Source of the DNA: Escherichia coli
Lineage (GTDB): Bacteria > Pseudomonadota > Gammaproteobacteria > Enterobacterales > Enterobacteriaceae
Reading direction: 5' to 3' (one strand)
Assembly (NCBI RefSeq): GCF_036507355.1
Contig: NZ_AP027877.1
Length of the DNA: 64,000 nt
A program made the position numbers and the translations under genes. This document shows positions 10,831 through 19,072 of this stretch, piece by piece. How positions within the stretch are numbered: the first letter of the stretch is position 1; each line of letters opens with the position of its first letter. The notes under the pieces were generated by a model. That model was not told the origin of the DNA. It saw nothing but the letters and a program-made list of their open reading frames with translations, and made no database searches.

Positions 10831-11721
10831 ATGTCCTGGCTTAATTCTGTCTTATTGGCGCTTACCTCGGTGCAACCTTATATGGTACCGGCAACCGTTA
10901 TCGGCCTCGTCAGTTTTGCATTCCTCTGTTTTATTTTCTTTTATTTTTTTAGAGCAGTTAAAATTATTAACGGCCTGAAAAAATATACTCAGTCAATTAA
11001 TGGCATCGAAAATAATGAGCCTGGTAATCAGCTTCAGCATCTGCAAAGTTTGTTTGTACAGCCTGAGTTAAAGCACGCCTGGAATGAATTCGAAGAATCG
11101 TTGCACTCACAATATGAACTGGAGGACGGGGAAGAGAAAATCGTCCGTATTAGGGCTACTGCACCGAGCGCCAGTTTCTTCTCGGAGCAACAACTGGTCG
11201 ATATTCCGCTGAACACCGAATTTTTCAAACACCTGCCCGGTATTCTGACCGGTGTGGGGATTATCGGTACCTTCTACGGTCTGATGATTGGTCTCAACCA
11301 CTTCGACCCCAGCACACCAGAGCAGGTCTCCAGCAGCGTCAATAATCTGCTTCGCGATGTGCTGTACGCCTTCCTCGGTTCAGCATTTGCGATTACGTTC
11401 TCTATCCTTATCACCTGGCTGGAGAAATTCTGTCTGGCGAAATGCTACAAATATCTGGAAAAATTCACCGCAGCTCTCGACGCCCTCTATGACAGCGGTG
11501 TTGGCGAGGAGTACCTTGCCTCACTGGTAAAATCCAGTAATGAAAGCGCGACCCAGGCACGCCATCTGAAAGAGAGCCTGGTTACCGATTTACGCGATAT
11601 GCTGCTGCATCTGGCCAACAGCCAGAAAGTGGAAAACGAGCGGCTAGCGACCACCCTCAGCACCACCTATCGCGAAACAGGACAACAGTTTGCCGAGCAA
11701 GTCAGCGGTGCGATTGAAAAC
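10831..11721 (+). pseudogene. MotA/ExbB/TolQ-type proton-channel protein (ZorA-like N-terminal ~297 aa), truncated by IS629
   Basis: It has N-terminal TM helices, then LPGILTGVGIIGTFYGLMIGL and LYAFLGSAFAITFSILITW (MotA/ExbB-like TM pair), then the beginning of a long helical tail. The reading frame runs into the first bases (TGA) of IS629 at 11722. The start is ATG 10831 or the upstream GTG 10801. Confidence 0.6.
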
Positions 11722-11775
11722 TGAACCGCCCCGGGAATCCTGGAGACTAAACTTCCTGAGAAAGAGGTAAACAGG

Positions 11776-12102
11776 ATGACTAAAAATACTCGTTTTTCCC
11801 CCGAAGTCCGTCAACGGGCAGTCCGTATGGTTCTGGAAAGTCAGAGCGAATATGACTCACAATGGGCGACAATTTGTTCCATTGCTCCAAAGATTGGCTG
11901 TACGCCGGAGACTCTGCGTGTCTGGGTTCGCCAGCATGAGCGGGATACCGGGGGCGGTGATGGAGGGCTCACCACCGCTGAACGTCAGCGTCTGAAAGAG
12001 CTGGAACGTGAAAATCGTGAACTGCGCCGCAGTAACGATATCCTTCGCCAGGCTTCCGCTTATTTTGCGAAGGCGGAGTTCGACCGCCTCTGGAAAAAAT
12101 GA
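11776..12102 (+). CDS. IS629 OrfA (108 aa)
   Basis: The translation matches IS629/IS1203 OrfA from memory. It has an HTH and a leucine zipper, and ends in the A-rich slippery region (ggaaaaaatga). Confidence 0.9.
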   Translation: MTKNTRFSPEVRQRAVRMVLESQSEYDSQWATICSIAPKIGCTPETLRVWVRQHERDTGGGDGGLTTAERQRLKELERENRELRRSNDILRQASAYFAKAEFDRLWKK

Positions 12103-12989
12103 TGCCACTGCTGGATAAGCTGCGTGAGCAGTACGGGGTCGGACCGCTATGCAGCGAACTGCATATTGCCCCGTCAACGTATTACCACTGTCAGCAACAG
12201 CGACATCATCCGGATAAACGCAGTGCCCGTGCGCAGCGCGATGACTGGCTGAAGAAAGAGATACAGCGCGTATACGATGAAAATCACAAGGTATACGGTG
12301 TGCGTAAAGTCTGGCGTCAGTTGTTACGGGAAGGTATCAGAGTGGCCAGATGCACTGTGGCACGTCTCATGGCGGTTATGGGACTTGCCGGTGTTCTCCG
12401 GGGTAAAAAGGTCCGTACGACCATCAGCCGGAAAGCCGTTGCCGCAGGCGACCGCGTAAACCGTCAGTTCGTGGCAGAACGACCTGACCAGCTGTGGGTG
12501 GCTGATTTTACTTACGCCAGCACATGGCGGGGCTTCGTCTATGTGGCGTTCATCATTGATGTGTTTGCCGGATACATCGTGGGGTGGCGGGTCTCATCGT
12601 CCATGGAAACGACATTCGTGCTGGATGCACTGGAGCAGGCGTTATGGGCCCGTCGACCGTCCGGCACGGTCCATCACAGTGATAAAGGTTCTCAGTATGT
12701 ATCGCTGGCCTACACACAGCGGCTTAAGGAAGCCGGATTACTGGCATCAACAGGAAGTACAGGCGACTCGTATGACAACGCGATGGCGGAGAGCATCAAT
12801 GGTCTTTACAAAGCGGAGGTAATACACCGTAAGAGCTGGAAAAACCGTGCAGAAGTGGAACTGGCCACACTCACGTGGGTGGACTGGTATAACAATCGAC
12901 GATTGCTGGAAAGGCTGGGCCATACTCCTCCGGCAGAAGCAGAAAAAGCTTATTATGCTTCCATCGGAAACGATGATCTGGCAGCCTGA
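12099..12989 (+). CDS. IS629 OrfB (DDE transposase catalytic part, 296 aa)
   Basis: DDE/rve-type motifs are present: WVADFTY..., [17 protein letters not shown]. Confidence 0.9.
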   Translation: MMPLLDKLREQYGVGPLCSELHIAPSTYYHCQQQRHHPDKRSARAQRDDWLKKEIQRVYDENHKVYGVRKVWRQLLREGIRVARCTVARLMAVMGLAGVLRGKKVRTTISRKAVAAGDRVNRQFVAERPDQLWVADFTYASTWRGFVYVAFIIDVFAGYIVGWRVSSSMETTFVLDALEQALWARRPSGTVHHSDKGSQYVSLAYTQRLKEAGLLASTGSTGDSYDNAMAESINGLYKAEVIHRKSWKNRAEVELATLTWVDWYNNRRLLERLGHTPPAEAEKAYYASIGNDDLAA

Positions 12990-13153
12990 GTTCACAGATA
13001 AAACACTCTCCAGGAAACCCGGGGCGGTTCACACTATTATTTCTCCGGTTAGCCTACAACAACGTTTTTATCAGAAGCTCAACCAGCAGATAATAGAAAT
13101 GAAAAACCCATTGCAGTGAAATTATTTTTGACAACATACAGCAGGAGTAAAAA

Positions 13154-13999
13154 ATGTTACGTGGTTCAGAAAGAAAAGAAGCATTAGCCAGTCTCAAAAG
13201 TGCAACTAACCGTTATGAAGTACAGGCTAAAGACACCCAGGATGAGATCACTGCCCTCTTTCTGTTACGCCAGAAATGCAGTAAGGACCTGATTGCCCGT
13301 GGTGAAAATTTTGTTAATCGACTGGCGAATACACCGAAAGAGTTTGATAAATCCTGGAGCGAATTGAAAGCGGAAATCGCTGAATTTGATAACGTGGTGG
13401 AAAAACTGGAAGAAGAATACCGCGCATCACATATTGGTAAAGGAACGGCTGCTGCGGGGGTTGCCGTTGGGGCGGGGGTCGCCGCATTTGCCCCTACGGC
13501 TGCGCTGGCGGTCGCAACAACTTTTGGTACAGCATCCACGGGTACCGCTATTGCTACGTTAAGCGGAGCTGCCGCAACAAATGCAGCCCTGGCATGGCTC
13601 GGCGGCGGCGCACTGGCTGCGGGTGGCGGTGGCATGTCAGCAGGAAGCGCACTACTGGCTCTGGCGGGTCCAATAGGCTGGGGGATTGGTGCTGTAGGCA
13701 TCGCTGGCGGAACCTTACTAGCCCGTCGCAAAAACGGTAAAATCATTGATGAAGCACAACAGGAAGAGCGCCAGGTTCGCGCAAAAACCAGCGAACTTCG
13801 CGTGATGGAACGTGGTGCGCAAGAACTCAAGATGCTCACATCCGAGCACTATCATGGTACTGAAAGCATTATTGATGTGCTGGAAAAGGCTGCGCCTCAA
13901 GACTATTGCCAGTTTAATACCCATCAGAAAGATCAATTAGGGGCATTGATTAACCATATCAATGCATTATCAAAACTGATCAACAAGAAAATCCAGTAA
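13154..13999 (+). CDS. 281-aa coiled-coil protein with a central Gly/Ala-rich hydrophobic (glycine-zipper-like) region. Function unknown.
   Basis: AGGAG lies 7 nt upstream of the ATG. The N- and C-terminal thirds are charged and helical. The centre, GKGTAAAGVAVGAGVAAFAPTAALAVATTFG...LAGPIGWGIGAVGIAGGTLLARRK (~95 aa), is hydrophobic. Its stop overlaps the next start (TAATG). Confidence 0.75.
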   Translation: MLRGSERKEALASLKSATNRYEVQAKDTQDEITALFLLRQKCSKDLIARGENFVNRLANTPKEFDKSWSELKAEIAEFDNVVEKLEEEYRASHIGKGTAAAGVAVGAGVAAFAPTAALAVATTFGTASTGTAIATLSGAAATNAALAWLGGGALAAGGGGMSAGSALLALAGPIGWGIGAVGIAGGTLLARRKNGKIIDEAQQEERQVRAKTSELRVMERGAQELKMLTSEHYHGTESIIDVLEKAAPQDYCQFNTHQKDQLGALINHINALSKLINKKIQ

Positions 14000-15444
14000 T
14001 GAGCATTAACCATAATACAGTTGGCGACCAGCTTATCGGCAGCGCGGTTAACGCCATTAATCAGACCCGCATTGATAATGAACTGTTAAAACTATCGCAG
14101 CAGGATCGTGCATTTGAGTTGGCTGGCGAACAAATGCAAAAGGTGCGTGATTTCATCGCGTCACCGGGTAACATCCTGGGCTCAATGAGCACCAAACACG
14201 GTGAAATTGCTGAGCAGGTAGAAGTTGGCGTGCGCAATGCTCGCCAGGCAATAGAAGAAAGGGTTCAGGATGCCTCTGATCTTAGCGCCACGTTTGACGG
14301 AGTGGGTCGAACCGCTCCGGCGGATTATATGATAGATGGCGTTGACGTGCAGTCAAAGTTTATCAACGGAGTTAATAATAACCTGAACCATGTCCTTCAG
14401 CACATGGAAACCTATCCCAATTTCACCCGGGGAGAATCCTTTTACCATATCCCCAAAGACTCCTGGCAAACGATTCAGGATGTTATTGATGGGAAGCCGG
14501 TGGAGGGCTTGAGCGAAAAAACAATACAGGCTATCAGGGATAAAGTTGCAGAAATTGAAAGTACAACGGGAAGATCCTTTAATGATGTCGTGCGTCCTGG
14601 AGTTTCTGATTACAAAGATGTTCAGTGGGGAAAAATTGACGAAACTCTTGATAAACATGATCAGGAATTAGCGGAACAGAACGAGGCAAAAAAAGCAGAA
14701 ATTATTGACGATCACCAACCCTCCCTAAGTGAAGGCATGCGTGCAACCGCAATGGGAGCCGCTTTCGGTGGAACCTTTGCTCTTGTAACAGGTATATATA
14801 GCAAATACCGTGACGGTAAAAATATATTTCGTGGAGATTTCAACAGACAGGACTGGCAGGATGTCGGCTTAGATACATTGAAAGGTGCCGCTATTGGCGG
14901 TGTATCCGCCGGAGCAATTTATACCCTGACCAATTATGCCTCTCTGGGAGCACCGTTCGCCAGCGCGCTGGTCACTGCCGCTAAAGGTGTAAGCAATCTT
15001 GCTCTCTCCTATCAGCGCGGTGAGATTAATGCTGATGAATTTACCGATCTTGGCCTTATCATCTGCGCGGAATCGGCCATCGTTGGCGCAATGTCTGTCG
15101 CAGGTCAGGCAATCATCCCTGTGCCTGTTTTGGGGGCATTGGTTGGTTCTATCTCAGGGAAGTTTATGGTTACCGTAGCTAAAAATCTGGACAGTAAAGC
15201 ACGCCAATTGCTGGCGAAAAAAATGGAGCAATTTACATGTCGCTTAAGTGAGATTGAGCAGAAAGCACTCAACCGAATTTTGAACGAGTTCGCGGCGCTG
15301 GGTGAGCTTACCGCAGCTGCATTTAGCGTGGAAAACAATCGCCGGTTGCTGGAAGCAAGCATCACGCTTGCCCAAGCCCACGGTGTTGAAGAGGCGAAGA
15401 TAATCAAAAATGCGGATGATCTTGACACATTTATGATGGCGTAG
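13999..15444 (+). CDS. 481-aa protein with an N-terminal soluble domain (HG-x2-AE ... AD-x3-DG-x-DVQSKF) followed by a Gly-rich multi-helix membrane region. Function unknown.
   Basis: It is translationally coupled to the upstream gene. Hydrophobic Gly/Ala-rich segments span residues ~245-400. The soluble domain is paralogous to residues ~405-460 of the next protein. Confidence 0.75.
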   Translation: MSINHNTVGDQLIGSAVNAINQTRIDNELLKLSQQDRAFELAGEQMQKVRDFIASPGNILGSMSTKHGEIAEQVEVGVRNARQAIEERVQDASDLSATFDGVGRTAPADYMIDGVDVQSKFINGVNNNLNHVLQHMETYPNFTRGESFYHIPKDSWQTIQDVIDGKPVEGLSEKTIQAIRDKVAEIESTTGRSFNDVVRPGVSDYKDVQWGKIDETLDKHDQELAEQNEAKKAEIIDDHQPSLSEGMRATAMGAAFGGTFALVTGIYSKYRDGKNIFRGDFNRQDWQDVGLDTLKGAAIGGVSAGAIYTLTNYASLGAPFASALVTAAKGVSNLALSYQRGEINADEFTDLGLIICAESAIVGAMSVAGQAIIPVPVLGALVGSISGKFMVTVAKNLDSKARQLLAKKMEQFTCRLSEIEQKALNRILNEFAALGELTAAAFSVENNRRLLEASITLAQAHGVEEAKIIKNADDLDTFMMA

Positions 15445-15480
15445 CACTCGAATAAAAATTACAGCAAGGATAAAACCACA

Positions 15481-18003
15481 ATGCTACAGATAATTGGTGC
15501 GTTAATTTTACTGGTAATCGGTTTTGTTATTATAAAAGCGTTGTTTAAGGCATCTCTCAATATTCTAGGTGTGATATTAGGATTGGGTGCATTGATTGTT
15601 GCAGGCCCACCTTTATTGGCGGGCTATATTGTAGAGCGCGTAACCTATGCGCTTCACTCACGTTGGCTGCTGGGTGTACCTCTTGCCATAGCAGGAATGG
15701 TGATTAGCTTTATGTGGGGACTTGATGGTAAACATATTGCCTACGAAGCCTATTCATTTGATTCAATGAAGTTTATTTTAACCGCTGCATTTGCCAGTGG
15801 CCTGCTTGCAGTACCTGTACAAACCAAGGCTATTCTACAAAACGGGCTTATACCAGCCGATATCAATGCCAAACTTAAAGAGTATTATTGCTGTTTTTAT
15901 ACGTCTTACTTTTTGATGGCCTGCTCTGCGGCTACACCGTTTATAGCCTGGCAATATAATATCTCATCTTCACTGATGTGGTGGACAGGATTGCTATACT
16001 GGATAGCAGCCTTACTGACACAGTTCTATGCGGCAAACCAAATTCAGGAACTCAAGAAGTTAACTAATGCCATCAATACAGGGTTAAATGAGCAAAAAGC
16101 GATCAATAACCAACTTTGGCTGACGGAACTAAAAGAAGGAAGTAACCTCTCAGCAGAATTCGTAGAGACTATCTATCTTAAGTTGGTCTCACAGCATATT
16201 TTTCAGGGCGATACTCGAGAGCAGGATCTGGCTGGTGAAAACTGGCTTTTAAATGATGCCTGGTATGAAAGAAAGATGGCTGAATTTAATGAGCAGTTAA
16301 ACAGTAAAATTGTACACTCATCAGATGAGCTAAGAAGCCTTTTTGGTAATAGGCTGAATTTACCCTCTGCTGCGAATGATGATCTCCTGAACCGTTATCT
16401 TGATGGTGGGAACTATTATTCTTTTTCGGATGGTCGAAAATTTGTCTCGTTTCACTATGTCGACGAGCTTTGTACCTGCACTTCATGCGGTTTGAGCGAG
16501 ATTAAAAACGCAAAACACCAGGACGGTTGTGGGAGCCAGGAATGGTATTGCTCTGATATTTGCCGGGAAACGGAAAAACTCTGCATTGAAATTCACAAGC
16601 GACCACAGGCTGAATTTATTTCCAGTGCAGCAACAAACGGTCTGATTCTCATGACGCTCCCGGAGGCCTGGAATACTAACGAAAAAATGTTTGCAGTGGG
16701 AGGACAAGGACATGGTTTTGCAGCCGAACGGGGAAATCATCTTACTGACAAAATCCAACTAAAAGATGCACATATTCTCGGTGATGATAATGCGAAAAAT
16801 GGTGCAGACAGGCTGGTTAACGGTTCAGAGATTCAGACCAAATACTGTGCAACCGCTGCACGTAGCGTCGGTGCTGGTTTTGACGGACAAAACGGTAATT
16901 ATCGCTATTATGACAGTAACGGAACCCCAATGCAGTTAGAGGTTCCGAAAGACCAGTATTCGAAAGCGCTTGAAACGATGGAGAACAAAATTCGCGATGG
17001 CAAAGTCCCCGGCGTTACCGATCCTGCAGAAGCCACAAAACTTGTACGTCAGGGACACCTGACTTATAGCCAGGCACAAAACATTACTAAGTTTGGCACG
17101 TTCGAATCTATCACTTACGACATTGCGGAAGGATCTATCATCAGCCTCGCAGCTGGAGGTATCAGCTTCGGTCTGACAGCTTCTATTTTCTACCTCAATA
17201 CCGGCGATCGTAAGGCTGCGTTGCAAACGGCAGCAATACAGGCAGGTAAAACATTTACCCGCACACTGACAGTTTATGTGACGGTACAGCAATTACACCG
17301 TATCAGTGCCGTTCAGGGGTTACTTAAAAATATTGATTTTGCCGCTGCCAGCCCGACAGTTCGTAATGCGCTTCAACAGGGAGTCGGAGCTAACAATCTC
17401 AACTCCCTTAACAAGATGATGCGTGGCACACTGGTTACCTCTTTCGCACTGGTCGCCGTGACCACTGGTCCGGATATGATCAAAATGGTGCGAGGTCGTA
17501 TTTCTGGGGCACAGTTTATAAAAAATCTGGCAGTTACTTCATCTGGTGTGGCTGGGGGGGCAATTGGTTCTATTGCTGGCGGAATGATGCTTAGTCCATT
17601 AGGTCCTTTCGGTGCTTTAGCAGGACGCGCAGCTGGTGGCTTGTTAGGCGGTATGATTGCCACAGCGATTTCCAAAAAAATAGCGGGTGCACTGGTTGAA
17701 GACGACCGAGTAAAAGTGCTGGCTCTCATCCAGGAACAGGTTACATGGCTTGCAACAAGTTTCATGCTTACAGCACACGAACTTGAAAACCTGAACGCGA
17801 ATCTGGCAACAGTAATTGACCAAAAAACCCTGGAGGTTATCTTCGCCGCAAAAGAGCAAGACCGAGCAACGGCCAATATGCTGATTAAACCACTTGTAGT
17901 AAGTGTGGTTAAGCAACGACCGGTCCTGAGCTATGAACAATCGCAAATCTGCGAAATGGTCGATCAGCTTGATACATCGGTTTCATTATCTGCTGTTGCA
18001 TAA
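15481..18003 (+). CDS. 840-aa polytopic membrane protein. It has ~6 N-terminal TM helices, a Cys-rich (MYND/zinc-ribbon-like) segment, an HGFAAE...ADRLVNGSEIQTKY domain and a C-terminal Gly-rich membrane region. Function unknown.
   Basis: AAGGA lies ~10 nt upstream of the ATG. TM-like stretches span residues 1-185. The Cys cluster is CTCTSCG-x14-C-x6-YCSDIC-x6-C at residues 331-368. Unverified recollection: the N-terminus resembles YeeR-type inner-membrane proteins of E. coli CP4-44-like islands. Confidence 0.75.
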   Translation: MLQIIGALILLVIGFVIIKALFKASLNILGVILGLGALIVAGPPLLAGYIVERVTYALHSRWLLGVPLAIAGMVISFMWGLDGKHIAYEAYSFDSMKFILTAAFASGLLAVPVQTKAILQNGLIPADINAKLKEYYCCFYTSYFLMACSAATPFIAWQYNISSSLMWWTGLLYWIAALLTQFYAANQIQELKKLTNAINTGLNEQKAINNQLWLTELKEGSNLSAEFVETIYLKLVSQHIFQGDTREQDLAGENWLLNDAWYERKMAEFNEQLNSKIVHSSDELRSLFGNRLNLPSAANDDLLNRYLDGGNYYSFSDGRKFVSFHYVDELCTCTSCGLSEIKNAKHQDGCGSQEWYCSDICRETEKLCIEIHKRPQAEFISSAATNGLILMTLPEAWNTNEKMFAVGGQGHGFAAERGNHLTDKIQLKDAHILGDDNAKNGADRLVNGSEIQTKYCATAARSVGAGFDGQNGNYRYYDSNGTPMQLEVPKDQYSKALETMENKIRDGKVPGVTDPAEATKLVRQGHLTYSQAQNITKFGTFESITYDIAEGSIISLAAGGISFGLTASIFYLNTGDRKAALQTAAIQAGKTFTRTLTVYVTVQQLHRISAVQGLLKNIDFAAASPTVRNALQQGVGANNLNSLNKMMRGTLVTSFALVAVTTGPDMIKMVRGRISGAQFIKNLAVTSSGVAGGAIGSIAGGMMLSPLGPFGALAGRAAGGLLGGMIATAISKKIAGALVEDDRVKVLALIQEQVTWLATSFMLTAHELENLNANLATVIDQKTLEVIFAAKEQDRATANMLIKPLVVSVVKQRPVLSYEQSQICEMVDQLDTSVSLSAVA

Positions 18004-18159
18004 TGAAAGGTATAAATTCATTACCATCGTGATATGGTGCTTCAGACGAAGCAAACTTAAATACCATTAACCCCATGATACTATTGTAAAATCCAAAAAA
18101 AATAATAGTAATCATCATAATGAACTGGTTCGAACAGACTGCGGAAGAGTATGGAGAAT

Positions 18160-18187
18160 TAACAAATAAGGGGGCATTTGCCCCCTT
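18160..18187 (-). terminator. Rho-independent terminator downstream of arsC. It may also terminate the convergent 840-aa gene.
   Basis: AAGGGGGC-attt-GCCCCCTT forms an 8-bp GC-rich stem. On the minus strand it is followed by TATTTGTT. Confidence 0.7.
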
Positions 18188-18192
18188 CATCA

Positions 18193-18618
18193 TTATTTCA
18201 GTCGTTTACCTGCATCATCAACGACTTTCTCGCCGTCTTCCTTAGCAAATGCGCCTTTTTGCGCATCCGGAAGAATATCCAGTACCACTTCGGAAGGACG
18301 GCACAGACGCGTTCCCAATGGTGTCGCCACAATCGGGCGATTAATCAGGATCGGATACTGAAGCATAAAATCGACTAACTGATCGTCAGTAAACTTATCT
18401 TCCGCAAGCCCCAGTTCTTCATAAGGTTCAACATTTTTACGCAATAGTGCCCGTACCGTTATCCCCATATCTGCGATGAGTTTGAGCACCTCATCGCGTG
18501 AAGGTGGATTTTCAAGGTAAAGAATAACGTTCGGTTCAGTACCGCTGTTGCGGATCATCTCCAGCGTATTACGCGACGTGCCGCAGGCTGGGTTGTGATA
18601 AATAGTGATGTTGCTCAT
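18193..18618 (-). CDS. arsC: Arsenate reductase (glutaredoxin-type), 141 aa
   Basis: The translation MSNITIYHNPACGTSRNTLEMIRNSG...RLCRPSEVVLDILP matches E. coli ArsC from memory, including catalytic Cys12. Confidence 0.95.
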   Translation of the reverse strand: MSNITIYHNPACGTSRNTLEMIRNSGTEPNVILYLENPPSRDEVLKLIADMGITVRALLRKNVEPYEELGLAEDKFTDDQLVDFMLQYPILINRPIVATPLGTRLCRPSEVVLDILPDAQKGAFAKEDGEKVVDDAGKRLK

Positions 18619-18630
18619 ATCAATATCTCA

Positions 18631-18840
18631 TTACAAAGTGAAAGAGAGACGTAGCGCCAGCGCGGCCAGCGTTACAAACAGCACAGGCAGAGTCATGATG
18701 ATCCCGGTGCGGAAATAGTATCCCCAGGTGATGGTCATGCTCTTCTGTGAAAAGACATGCAGCCAGAGTAGCGTTGCCAGGCTACCAATAGGTGTAATTT
18801 TCGGCCCCAGATCGCAGCCAATCACGTTGGCATAAATCAT
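18631..18840 (-). pseudogene. arsB: 3'-terminal fragment (last ~69 codons) of the arsenite efflux pump gene arsB
   Basis: The translation ...[22 protein letters not shown]...[20 protein letters not shown] is the ArsB C-terminus (intact ArsB is ~429 aa). No arsB sequence or arsR lies further upstream (right of ~18841). Confidence 0.85.
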
Positions 18841-19072
18841 CGCCTCTTTGATAACGCATCATACTGCCAGCGGAATAACTCTCTTCGTCAATACGGCTCT
18901 CGCTGTACGCTTACCCATCTAGAGAGGTTTCAGGTGATTATCGATGTCAGAAGACTGAATGATTCAGTCGTTTACTTTGAGATAGATCAGAGGTTTTTCA
19001 CTACCTGTGTTCATCACATGGCTACGAATAGTAGAATCCAAGCATAAATTAACGCTTAGAAAAGTTGAGCTC

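Larger units (their letters stand above)
11722..13031 (+). mobile_element. IS629/IS1203-type IS3-family element (1310 bp), complete
   Basis: The termini are TGAACCGCCCCGGGAATCC ... GGAAACCCGGGGCGGTTCA. OrfA is [23 protein letters not shown]... and OrfB is 296 aa. The flanking triplets differ (aac vs cac), so no target-site duplication is evident. Confidence 0.9.

Noticed and set aside
13127-13153. TTGACA hexamer as the promoter of the 281-aa gene
   Set aside because: It lies only 21 nt before the ATG, leaving no room for a -10 element and a leader containing the AGGAG. The operon is more likely transcribed from upstream (read-through from IS629 or the MotA-like promoter).
10831-18003. Calling the MotA-like gene plus the three downstream genes a Zorya system
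   Set aside because: There is no ZorB-like OmpA/MotB protein, and no ZorC/ZorD helicase-nuclease, ZorE HNH or other Zorya partner motifs. The MotA-like gene is truncated by IS629. Only 'ZorA-like fragment' is defensible.
17909-18193. 94-aa minus-strand ORF spanning the end of the 840-aa gene and the arsC terminator
   Set aside because: It overlaps a well-supported gene in antisense and runs through a terminator hairpin. It is a typical shadow ORF.
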